Source of the DNA: an uncultured Deinococcaceae bacterium
Lineage (GTDB): Bacteria > Deinococcota > Deinococci > Deinococcales > Deinococcaceae
Direction of reading: 5' to 3'
NCBI GenBank assembly: GCA_964252075.1
Contig: CAXULY010000051.1
Location: forward strand, 1-32,398
DNA length: 32,398 bases
Shown: piece by piece, positions 24,107 through 32,398 of the stretch
Layout of the letters: every line of letters begins with the position of its first letter
Numbering within the stretch: position 1 is the first letter of the stretch
Program-made: the position numbers and the translations under genes
Notes under the pieces: model-generated
What the model was told of the DNA's origin: nothing
Databases searched by the model: none
What the model saw: the letters and a program-made list of their open reading frames with translations, nothing else

Positions 24107-26650
24107 ATGACGGCTTTTCTCCACAGCGAGGGCCAGGCCCGAACCGGCTTCGTTCGCGTGCGGGGCGCGCGGGAGCACAACCTCAGGAACATCGACGTGG
24201 AGATTCCGCGGGACGCCCTGGTGGTGTTCACGGGCGTGTCGGGTTCAGGCAAGTCGTCGCTGGCGTTCGGCACGCTGTACGCCGAGGCGCAGCGGCGGTA
24301 CCTCGAATCCGTCTCCCCGTATGCCCGCCGCCTCTTTCATCAGGTGGGGGCGCCGAACGTGGACGGCATCGACGGCCTGCCGCCCGCGGTGGCGCTCCAG
24401 CAGCAGCGCGGGACGCCGTCCACGCGGTCGTCGCTGGGCAGCGTCACGACCCTCTCGAATCTGGTGCGGATGCTGTACTCGCGCACCGGCGACTATCCGC
24501 CCGGGCAGGGCATCATCTACGCGGAGGGCTTCTCGCCCAACACGCCGGAAGGCGCCTGCCCGACGTGTCACGGCCAGGGCCGCCTCTACGACGTGACCGA
24601 ACGCTCGATGGTGCCCGACGACGCGCTCAGCATCCGCGAGCGGGCGATTGCCGCGTGGCCGACCGCGTGGGGTGGGCAGAACCAGCGCGACATCCTGGTC
24701 ACGCTGGGCTACGACGTGGACCGGCCCTGGCGGGAGCTGCCGCAACAGGACCGCGACTGGATTCTCTTCACGGACGAGCAGCCAGTCGTCCCGGTGTACG
24801 CGGGCCTCACGCCAGCGGAAACGCGGCGGGCCGTGAAACGCGGCGCCGAGCCGAGCTACATGGGCACCTTCAGCAGCGCGCGGCGGCACGTGCTGCACAC
24901 CTTCGCCAGCAGCCACAGCGCGGCCATGAAGAAACGCGCGGCCGGGTTCATGCTCAGCCGGGAGTGCCCGACGTGTGGCGGCAAGCGGCTGCGCCCCGAG
25001 GCCCTGACGGTGACGGTCGCTGGCCTCGACATCGCGGAGCTGTCCCGCCTGCCCCTGCGGCGCGTGACGGACCTCTTGCGGCCCGCGGCAGAGGGGAGGT
25101 CGGCGCAGGGGGAAGACGCGCACCCCGAACAGGCGCTCGCCCGGCAGCGGCTCTCGGAGGACCTCGTGGCGCGCCTCGCGGTGCTGCTGGACCTGGGGCT
25201 GGGCTACCTGACGCTGGAGCGCAGCACGCCCACGCTGTCCCCGGGGGAGCTTCAGCGGCTGCGGCTGGCGACCCAGCTCTACTCGCACCTGTTCGGGGTG
25301 GTGTACGTGCTGGACGAACCTTCCGCTGGCCTGCATCCGGCGGACACCGAGGCGCTGCTGGCGGCGCTGGAGGGGCTGAAGGCGGCGGGCAATTCTCTGT
25401 TCGTCGTCGAGCACGAGCTGGCGGTGATCCGGCGGGCCGACTGGCTGGTGGACATCGGGCCCGGGGCGGGCGAACAGGGGGGTGAGGTGCTCTACAGCGG
25501 CCCACCCGCAGGGTTGCGGGACGTGGGGGCGTCCCTGACGGCCCGGTACCTGTTCGGGGAAGGGACGGCCGGGCGCGTGTCTCACGCGCCACGCGCCCCC
25601 AGCGGCTGGGTGCGGGTCAGCGGGGCCACCCGCCACAACCTGCGCGACCTGGACGTCGCGTTCCCGCTGGGCGTGCTGACCAGCGTCACGGGCGTCTCGG
25701 GGTCCGGCAAGTCGAGTCTGGTCAGTGGCCTGCTGGTGGACCTGATCGCCTCACACCTGGGGCAGGAGGTGCCTGATGAGGCGGAAGAAGAGGGGGAGGA
25801 GCTCCAGGATCACGCGGCCCAGCCCTCCAGCGGGCGGCTCGGCGGTGACCTGGAGCGGGTGCGCAGGCTGGTCCAGGTGAACCAGAAACCCATCGGCCGC
25901 ACGCCCCGCTCCAACCTGGCGACCTACACCGGGCTCTTCGACCACGTGCGGGGGCTGTTCGCGGCGGCGCCGCTGGCCCAGTCACGCGGGTACGGTGCGG
26001 GCCGCTTCTCCTTCAACGTGAAGGGCGGGCGCTGCGAGCATTGCCAGGGCGAGGGGGCCGTCATGGTCGAACTGCTCTTTATGCCCAGCGTGTACGCGCC
26101 GTGCCCGGTGTGTCATGGCGCCCGCTACAACGCCGAGACCCTGGAGGTGCTGGTCCGGGACCGCAGCATCGCCGACGTGCTCGGCATGACGGTCGACGAG
26201 GCCGGGGCCTTTTTCGCCGGGGAGCCGCCGGTGGCCCGCGCACTCGGCGTCCTGGGGGAAGTCGGCCTGGGCTACCTGCGGCTGGGCCAGCCCGCCACGG
26301 AACTCTCGGGCGGCGAGGCGCAGCGCATCAAGCTGGCGACGGAATTGCAGCGCGCGGGCCGGGGCGGAACCCTTTACGTGCTGGACGAACCCACGACGGG
26401 CCTGCATCCGGCGGATGTCGAGCGGCTGACCCGGCAGCTCGCTGGACTGGTCGGGGCAGGCAACACGGTCATCGTGGTGGAGCACGACCTGCAGGTCGTC
26501 GCCAGCAGCGACTGGGTGATCGACCTGGGGCCAGGGGCAGGGGAGGAAGGCGGGCGGGTCGTGGCCGCCGGGACCCCTGCCGAAGTCGCCCGCGCCCCGG
26601 GGAGCCGGACGGCTCCATACCTCGCACGGTTTCTGAACGGGCAGGAGTGA
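24107..26650 (+). CDS. UvrA-family ABC ATPase, class II (UvrA2/DrrC-like, 847 aa)
   Basis: GAREHNL, two Walker A motifs GVSGSGKS, signatures LSPGE and [12 protein letters not shown] Walker B, Zn-finger CxxC pairs; segment for the UvrB-binding domain absent. Confidence 0.92.
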   Translation: MTAFLHSEGQARTGFVRVRGAREHNLRNIDVEIPRDALVVFTGVSGSGKSSLAFGTLYAEAQRRYLESVSPYARRLFHQVGAPNVDGIDGLPPAVALQQQRGTPSTRSSLGSVTTLSNLVRMLYSRTGDYPPGQGIIYAEGFSPNTPEGACPTCHGQGRLYDVTERSMVPDDALSIRERAIAAWPTAWGGQNQRDILVTLGYDVDRPWRELPQQDRDWILFTDEQPVVPVYAGLTPAETRRAVKRGAEPSYMGTFSSARRHVLHTFASSHSAAMKKRAAGFMLSRECPTCGGKRLRPEALTVTVAGLDIAELSRLPLRRVTDLLRPAAEGRSAQGEDAHPEQALARQRLSEDLVARLAVLLDLGLGYLTLERSTPTLSPGELQRLRLATQLYSHLFGVVYVLDEPSAGLHPADTEALLAALEGLKAAGNSLFVVEHELAVIRRADWLVDIGPGAGEQGGEVLYSGPPAGLRDVGASLTARYLFGEGTAGRVSHAPRAPSGWVRVSGATRHNLRDLDVAFPLGVLTSVTGVSGSGKSSLVSGLLVDLIASHLGQEVPDEAEEEGEELQDHAAQPSSGRLGGDLERVRRLVQVNQKPIGRTPRSNLATYTGLFDHVRGLFAAAPLAQSRGYGAGRFSFNVKGGRCEHCQGEGAVMVELLFMPSVYAPCPVCHGARYNAETLEVLVRDRSIADVLGMTVDEAGAFFAGEPPVARALGVLGEVGLGYLRLGQPATELSGGEAQRIKLATELQRAGRGGTLYVLDEPTTGLHPADVERLTRQLAGLVGAGNTVIVVEHDLQVVASSDWVIDLGPGAGEEGGRVVAAGTPAEVARAPGSRTAPYLARFLNGQE

Positions 26651-26767
26651 GGTCGGGGGACCGTCGGGGTGCCTGGCTCTTCTGAAGGTGAAGACGTTAT
26701 TCCATCCTCATCTAAACTGTGCTTGGATGCAGTTTCGAGAGCCATAGGCGCTTTCGCTCCTGCCGAC

Positions 26768-27327
26768 CATGCATTGACGCGCTCCGTGCAGCTGCGAGAG
26801 TCCTTTCATTGCAAAAGCAAGTCCCATACCCGTTCAAAACAGCCGTCATCAATCATGTGAATGTAGACGCCGAGCACCTCAGGAGGCGTGCACGACAAGA
26901 AAGCCACCAGGCAACGCTGTGGCCCTCAGCGCGCTTCCTGATTGCACCAACCTGAACTGCGGATGGACGTGCTGGGCCGCCCGCAGCCGGAGGACCGCTC
27001 CACGTCTTCCGATACCTCTGTCGCCCGATCGCCTGAGTTGCCCGACACCGCCGAGCAGGCGCCCATGCCGAAGAAACTGCAGCCCCCGCCGTGCACGTGA
27101 CCAGCGCCCTGGATGGCAAGAGCCTCGCGGCGTACGCCACCGCGCACGGCGTGCCCCGCCGCTTCCACCAGCACGAGCGGGCCGTGATCACCACCGAGGA
27201 CGGCGCGGACCTCGCGCCGGTCGTGGCGGGCTGGCGGCAGGGCGGGCACGACCACCGGGCGTCCGTGCGCGGCCTCCTCGCCCTCAAGGACAGCCAGGTC
27301 GCGTGAAGGCCCTCACCCTGATGCGGC
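26768..27327 (+). repeat. Diverged direct repeat, copy 2 (~560 bp)
   Basis: Collinear with 15553-16112. Confidence 0.92.
27065..27306 (+). pseudogene. Frameshifted paralog of the 80-aa protein
   Basis: ATG CCG AAG AAA CTG CAG CCC, then 1 nt missing near 27086 relative to copy 1; the remainder matches (HVTSALDGKSLAAYA...LLALKDSQVA). Confidence 0.75.
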
Positions 27328-27554
27328 CGATGGACCTGGCGCTCGTTGATGCGCGCATTGAGAAGAACGTGGAGAACCGCGCGTGGCGCAACGCGAAAAG
27401 CCTGCAGGCCCAGGCACGCGCCCTCGCCGGTCAGCGCTTCGCCATCCACGCCGCGCAGAAGGACGATCACGCCGACCGCCGCATGATTCGCGAGCTCACC
27501 GGCATTGAGCTGTGGCCGGACGACACGACGCCCGGCCACATCGTCGGCGTCGTC
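27303..27554 (+). pseudogene. ASCH-like domain gene, C-terminally truncated
   Basis: MKALTLMRP...KNVENRAW...RFAIHAA...GHIVGVV fits the ASCH pattern ALT..QP / K.VENR.W / IHA / G.IVG; ends where the IS remnant begins. Confidence 0.75.
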
Positions 27555-27589
27555 CCTGCGTCACACCTGCGGGAGGGGCACGGGCGCCG

Positions 27590-27985
27590 CTGGTTCATCA
27601 ACCTTCTTGTCTGCTGGACGGTGGCTTCCGACAGGCTCACGCCGAGCGGCATGCCCGCACGGTCGACGACACGGTCATCTTCATGCTGCTCTTGCCCCCG
27701 TCCGTCGGGCTGGGCCCCACCCGGGCCGCCTTTGGCGCCGACACGCTTGCGGAGTTCACAGAGGGCCTCGATCAATCCAGCCGATCTGCTCGCTGCGGGC
27801 GCTCGAGCCCCACGTGTTGCGCCGTCTCCCATCTGCCCGCCGCTTGCCCTTCGCACCAGCGCCGCCCGGCCGCCCGCGCGAACACCGTGCCCGCCAGCAC
27901 GAGGCGAGCGGCCATCCTCGGTCGTCCACCGCGCCGCTTGGACGGCTCAGCAAGCCAGAGCGGTTCCATGACGTGCCCATGAGGA
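27590..27985 (-). mobile_element. Degraded IS5-family transposase N-terminal remnant
   Basis: Across frames: MEPLW.AEPSKRRGGRPR...VLAGTVF...QAAGRWE...ADRLD*SRPSVNSASVSAPK...PSPTDGGK...VVDRAGMPLGVSLSEA; contains stops, frameshifts and an internal deletion. Confidence 0.78.
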
Positions 27986-28302
27986 CAAACAACCCACCAA
28001 GCCCCCTGGGGACCATGGAGGCGCGGTGGGTGGCGCGCTCGGCGGAGGCGCAGGTGAATCCCTGCCGGTATTACCCATGAGGTAATTGCGGCCATCACCA
28101 CCGTGAATAGAATGGGGACACTTGAAGACGAGCACAACATCTTTAAGAAGACAGGGCATCAGCAACTCAGCACAGCAAAGACATTGGTAAGAACAACAGC
28201 TTTAAACCCGCTTAGCCCTGATCTTTATCTGTCGAAGTGGATCTTCGTCTTTCCATCCACTACACATCCTTTACGCCGACGCTCAGCACAGTGAGGAGAC
28301 CT

Positions 28303-28788
28303 ATGACCAATCGCTCCGAAGGCAACTCGACGGGTGAATCGGTGGACACCGCGCCGTCCTTCCCGTTCGGGCAGCCGAGCCTCACCGCTGACAGCTTTCA
28401 GGCCCACCGCGTCAGCACCCGTCCCCACGCGCAGATCGTCAAGGCCCTGCAAGCCGCCATTGCGGACGCAGGGCTGAAGCTGCTCTACGAGATCGACGTG
28501 CGCGCGGCCCTGGCGAATGCCGGGCACCGCGTGCTCGGCGCGCGCCTGATGTTCTATTTCCACCCGGACCTCGTGCAGCGTGTCCTGCGGACTGACTGGA
28601 CGGCGATGGTCGAGGCGCCCCTCAAGTTCCTGGTGATCGAGCAGCCGGACGGCACCACCACCGTGCGCTGGGCCGATCCCGCCGTGTCCTTCTCCCGCTA
28701 CGGTCACCTCGCCCTTGCCGAATTCGGCCACGAGCTCTCCAGCATTGCCGACCGCGTCGTTGACCGCAGCCTCAGCGCGCTGTCCTGA
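28303..28788 (+). CDS. DUF302-like protein (161 aa)
   Basis: GAGGAG RBS; LQAAIADAGLKLLYEIDV...FHP...APLKFLVIEQPDGTTTVRWADP. Confidence 0.8.
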   Translation: MTNRSEGNSTGESVDTAPSFPFGQPSLTADSFQAHRVSTRPHAQIVKALQAAIADAGLKLLYEIDVRAALANAGHRVLGARLMFYFHPDLVQRVLRTDWTAMVEAPLKFLVIEQPDGTTTVRWADPAVSFSRYGHLALAEFGHELSSIADRVVDRSLSALS

Positions 28789-28912
28789 ACGCCCGGCGCA
28801 CCATCCGCACAGCGCGCCTGCACCGCCCGGCCTGAGCGGTCCGGTCCGCAGCGCCGTCAGGTGCGCTCCAACCCCCCTTACTCCTCCTGGCGCACGCCAG
28901 GCGAGGTTTCTC

Positions 28913-29777
28913 ATGACTGCACCCACCACCGCCCACCCGCTCTCCACCGTGTCCCGACTCACCCTGCTGCTGGCCGCCACCCTGGCCCTCACGGCCACCC
29001 CCGCCCGCGCCGCGGACGCCCTGACACCCACGGCCGCCCAAAGCGCCCGGCGCGCCGTGCACCCCACGACGAAACCCACCATCGTCCTGGTGCACGGCGC
29101 CTTCGCCGACGCCAGCAGCTGGAATGCCGTGTCCACGCAACTCCAGGGCGCCGGCTACCCGGTGGTCGCCCTGCCCGACCCCCTACGCGGCGTCAAGAGT
29201 GACGCGCAGAGTGTCGCGCTGTTCCTGAAGACCATCCAGGGGCCGGTGGTGCTGGTCGGGCACTTCCTACGGCGGCATGGTGATCAGCAACGCCGTCCAC
29301 GACCACACCCAGGTCAAGGCGCTGGTGTTCGTCGCCGCCCTCGCCCCTGAAGAAGGTGAGGCGGCGGGGCAGCTGGTCGGGCAGTTCCCCGGCTCGAAGC
29401 TGGGCGCGTCCCTCGCCGCTGGCGTGGACCTGGGCAACAAACTGCATGACCTGTACATCCAGCAGGACCAGTTCCAGGCCACGTACGCCGCGGACGTTCC
29501 GGCCGCGCTCGCCCGGAACATGGCGTCCGCGCAGCGGCCCGTCGCGGACGCCGCGCTGGGCGAACCGTCCGGCGCGCCCGATTGGAAGGTCATCCCGTCG
29601 TACTTCGTGTACGGGACGCTGGACCAGTCCATCCCGCTGGCCGAGCACCGCTTCCTCGCCCAGCGTGCCAAGGCCCGCGAGGCGGTGGAGGTGAAGGGCG
29701 CCTCACACGCCCTGATGGTGTCGAACCCTGCGGCGGTCGCCAAGGTGATCCTCGATGCCGCCCACAGCGTGCGCTGA
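28913..29777 (+). pseudogene. Secreted alpha/beta hydrolase with a +1 frameshift in the catalytic motif
   Basis: Signal peptide ending PARA; IVLVHGAFADASSW; CAC TTC CTA C would read GHSYGG if one T at 29264-29265 were removed; C-terminal GASH. Confidence 0.88.
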
Positions 29778-29792
29778 GCTTTCCACGCGCGG

Positions 29793-29863
29793 CCACCCCG
29801 TCACCTGACGGGGTGGTGTCGCTGAGCGACGGTGGGGCGCTGGCCTCACCCTCGCTCAGCGAC
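29793..29863. terminator. Two tandem hairpins
   Basis: ccaccccgtc/gacggggtgg (29793-29816) and gtcgctgagcga/tcgctcagcgac with an inner stem (29818-29863). Confidence 0.55.
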
Positions 29864-29955
29864 GCTGGGCGAAACTGGGCGACAGGTCATCACGCCCAAG
29901 CGCCCGCCGCTGACCGCGTGCGGTGGGCCGCACACGGAGACACGAGAGGATCAGC

Positions 29956-30768
29956 ATGTCGATCGCCAACCCGAAATCACGAAGCCACGAGTTGGGCACG
30001 CTGCTGCGGCACTGGCGGGACCAGCGAGGCAAAAGCCAGCTCGACCTGTCCTTCGACGCGGGCGTGTCCCAGCGGCACATCAGCTTCATCGAGAGTGGCC
30101 GCAGCGTCCCCACCCGGCAGATGCTGCTGGGCATCGCGCAGGCGCTGGACGTGCCCTTCCGGGAGCGCAACCTGCTGCTGCTCGCCGCAGGCTACGCCCC
30201 CGCGTACGCGGAGCACCCGTGGGACGCGCCGGAGATGCAGATGATCACCGGCGCCCTGACCCGCATGCTGCACCAGCACGAACCGTACCCGGCGGTGGCC
30301 TTGGACCGCGACTGGAACGTCCTCCTCTCGAACGCCTCGGCCCCCACCTTCTTCGACCTGTTCATCGACATGAGCGCCCGACCCACCCCGCGCAACTTCC
30401 TGCACCTGATGTTCGACCCGGCCGGCATGCGGCCCTTCATCACGAACTGGGAGGACGTGGCGCAGGGCCTGCTGGAGCGCGTGCACCGCGAGGCGGTGGG
30501 GCAGGTGGTGAACGAGGACCTGGTGGCGACCCTGCTCGCGTACCCGGACGTGAAGCGGGAATGGCAGGTGCCGCGCCCGCAGAGCGCGATGCCGGTCCTG
30601 CCCCTGAGCTTCACGAAAGACGGGGTGGTCCTGCAGTACTTCTCGATGGTGGCGACGGTGGGCATCCCGCGCACCGTTGCCGCGCAGGAACTGCGGCTGG
30701 ACTTCATCTTTCCAGCCGATGAGGACACCGACGCGCGCCACCGGGACCTGATGACCGGTGCCTCATGA
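29956..30768 (+). CDS. XRE-family HTH regulator with MmyB-like ligand-binding domain (270 aa)
   Basis: LGTLLRHWRDQRGKSQLDL...VSQRHISFIESGRS; HEPYPAVALDRDWNV; ELRLDFIFPAD; GAGG RBS. Confidence 0.9.
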   Translation: MSIANPKSRSHELGTLLRHWRDQRGKSQLDLSFDAGVSQRHISFIESGRSVPTRQMLLGIAQALDVPFRERNLLLLAAGYAPAYAEHPWDAPEMQMITGALTRMLHQHEPYPAVALDRDWNVLLSNASAPTFFDLFIDMSARPTPRNFLHLMFDPAGMRPFITNWEDVAQGLLERVHREAVGQVVNEDLVATLLAYPDVKREWQVPRPQSAMPVLPLSFTKDGVVLQYFSMVATVGIPRTVAAQELRLDFIFPADEDTDARHRDLMTGAS

Positions 30769-30995
30769 TCGTCCGGCGGATCAACCCGAGGGAAGGCGAA
30801 AGACACCCGGAGGTGCGGCCGGCGGCCAGGCGGCGCGGCCCTGCATTCGAAGTGTCCGTGCGTGAAGTCATCGACCGCGTGGCTGACCGGTGGACCATGC
30901 TGATCTTCGCGACGCTTCGGGACCTCGGGTGCCTGCGCTTCACGCGTCTCGGTGACCTAACGGGCGGCATCATCCAGAAGATGTTCGCCCGCTGG
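30765..30995 (+). pseudogene. Truncated HxlR-family winged-helix regulator
   Basis: VREVIDRVADRWTMLI...LRFTRLGDLTGGIIQKMF, after which similarity stops. Confidence 0.7.
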
Positions 30996-31038
30996 CAACG
31001 GCCCGGCGCCGTCTGCACGCACCACAACAGGCGTCCCA

Positions 31039-31976
31039 ATGAACCCACCCCCGAACCCGTCCCTCCCCGTACCGGTCAGCGTGAGCGAGGCCGCCCAGCG
31101 CGCCCTCAGCGCCCCTCCCCTGCCGCAGCCCACCTACCCCGCCCTGAACGACACGGCGGGCTGGCTGGCGCTCGTCGAGCAGGCCAACTCCTCCTTCCGC
31201 GCGATGGACACCGCCACCCTGCCCTTGACGCTCGAGGCGCACGAGGTGGCGGGCGTGCACGCCCATGTCGCGCGGGCGGACGGCGTGGAGGCGCACGAGC
31301 GCGGCCCGATCTTCCTGGACTTTCACGGGGGCGCGCTGATCTTCGGCGGTGGTCCGGCGGGCCGCATCTACGCCGCCCTGAGCAGCGGGATGCTCACCTG
31401 GGGCGTGGATGACCGCATGCCGCCCAAGCACCCCTTCCCGACAGGCCTGGACGACGCGCTGACCTGTACCGCGCCCTCCTCGAGCGGCGAGACCCGGCCG
31501 CGATCTTCGTCGGGGGACGCTCGGCGGGCGGGAACCTGGCGGCGGCCCTACTGGTCCGCGCGAAAGAAGCGGGCCTGCCGATGCCCGCCGCGCTGGTGCT
31601 GCTGTCGCCCGAAGTGGACCTCACCGAGTCCGGCGACACCTTCGTCACCCTGCGAGACGCCGACACCACGCTGGGGAGCCTGATGCCCGTGAATGAGCTG
31701 TACGCGAATGGGCGCGACCTCGCGCACCCGCACCTGTCGCCGCTGTTCGCGGACGTGTCGGACTTCCCGCCGACCCTGCTGCAGTCCGGCACGCGGGACC
31801 TGTTCCTGTCAAACACCGTGCGGATGCACCGCCACCTGCGCGCGGCGAACGTGGAGGCGGAGTTGCACGTGTTTGAGGCGCGGCCCCACGCGGGTTTTGG
31901 GGGCCGGACGCCGGAGGACCTGGAGTTGAACGCCGAACTCCGCCGCTTCCTCGCCCGCCACCAGCAGCGCCGCTAA
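31039..31976 (+). pseudogene. HSL/GDXG-family esterase (alpha/beta hydrolase), frameshifted near 31463
   Basis: DFHGGALIFGGG; after the shift LYRALLE...VGGRSAGGNLA, LLSPEVDL, GTRDLFL, HAGF; VDDRMPP where VDYR is expected. Confidence 0.85.
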
Positions 31977-31989
31977 CGAACACGCCGAA

Positions 31990-32021
31990 TGACAGGGGCG
32001 AACCGCGGTTCGCCCCTGTCA
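31990..32021. terminator. Perfect 32-bp palindrome, probable terminator
   Basis: tgacaggggcgaaccg|cggttcgcccctgtca, 13 nt after the esterase stop and between convergent genes. Confidence 0.65.
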
Positions 32022-32218
32022 ACTTCCCGACATCGATCACATCACCGCCTTTCGCAGCGGTGGCCTCGCCATCGACGGCACCGCGCTGATCGCGGTGCCC
32101 GGTGACCGCCAACGATTAAACGTGACGTCAGATGGGCGCTTCACCGCGTTGGATGCCTCGGCCCCACCCCTCGAAGCGACCGCCCCGTCGACGCCCACTC
32201 GGGGCGGCCACCGGCCGC

Positions 32219-32398
32219 TCACCCCGGTCGGTCGTTGTGCACCACCACGCCACTGGCGTACCGCGTCGAGGCCTGAAGGCCGAGGGGCGTCCACGCCCTG
32301 AAGGTCTGCAGGCCCCACCTGGTCGCCACGGGATCCGCCATGCACGTGAACCCGTCCATCAGCCGCTGCTCGATCAGGGACGCCACGAAGGTGGCCCC
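32219..32398 (-). CDS. C-terminus of a RibD_C/dihydrofolate-reductase-family protein (partial, possibly degenerate)
   Basis: Own translation: GATFVASLIEQRLMDGFTCMADPVATRWGLQTFRAWTPLGLQASTRYASGVVVHNDRPG*, resembling GG..L...GL.DE....PV..G.G..F...L...SGVV. Confidence 0.6.
   Translation of the reverse strand, partial: GATFVASLIEQRLMDGFTCMADPVATRWGLQTFRAWTPLGLQASTRYASGVVVHNDRPG

Noticed and set aside
26919..27971. 350-aa plus-strand ORF
   Set aside because: Chance read-through joining the repeat leader, the ASCH fragment and antisense IS5 sequence
1..32398. CRISPR array, tRNA, rRNA, integrase
   Set aside because: No regularly spaced short repeats, cloverleaf, rRNA-like sequence or recombinase motifs seen by eye

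Overview
High-GC window, probably from a Deinococcus-like diderm bacterium and probably a plasmid or accessory region (both are inference). The main feature is an intact ~12.7 kb divergent locus. On the minus strand is a ~2,590-aa YD/Rhs-repeat polymorphic toxin with a signal-peptide-like N-terminus, two tandem CBM-like repeats, a Pro-rich stalk, a pre-toxin TG-like segment, a HINT domain and a RelE/BECR-like toxin tip, overlapped by a low-GC candidate immunity gene. On the plus strand is a tightly coupled operon of an Ig-like lipoprotein, a lipoprotein S8 subtilase and a compact secretin, with no other T2SS, T4P or T6SS genes in the window. This looks like a candidate minimal secretin/protease-based toxin export system. 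The rest is decaying accessory DNA. Two diverged ~560-bp direct repeats (small ORF plus the start of an ASCH-like gene) bracket a stress/aldehyde-detox cargo: GGDEF remnant, SRPBCC, two Zn-dependent FDH-like dehydrogenases, LtrA, aldo-keto reductase and a class II UvrA. Also present are IS5 remnants, DUF302, an XRE/MmyB regulator and several frameshifted or truncated genes. No rRNA, tRNA or CRISPR array was seen. All family calls come from motif recognition by eye, not database searches.
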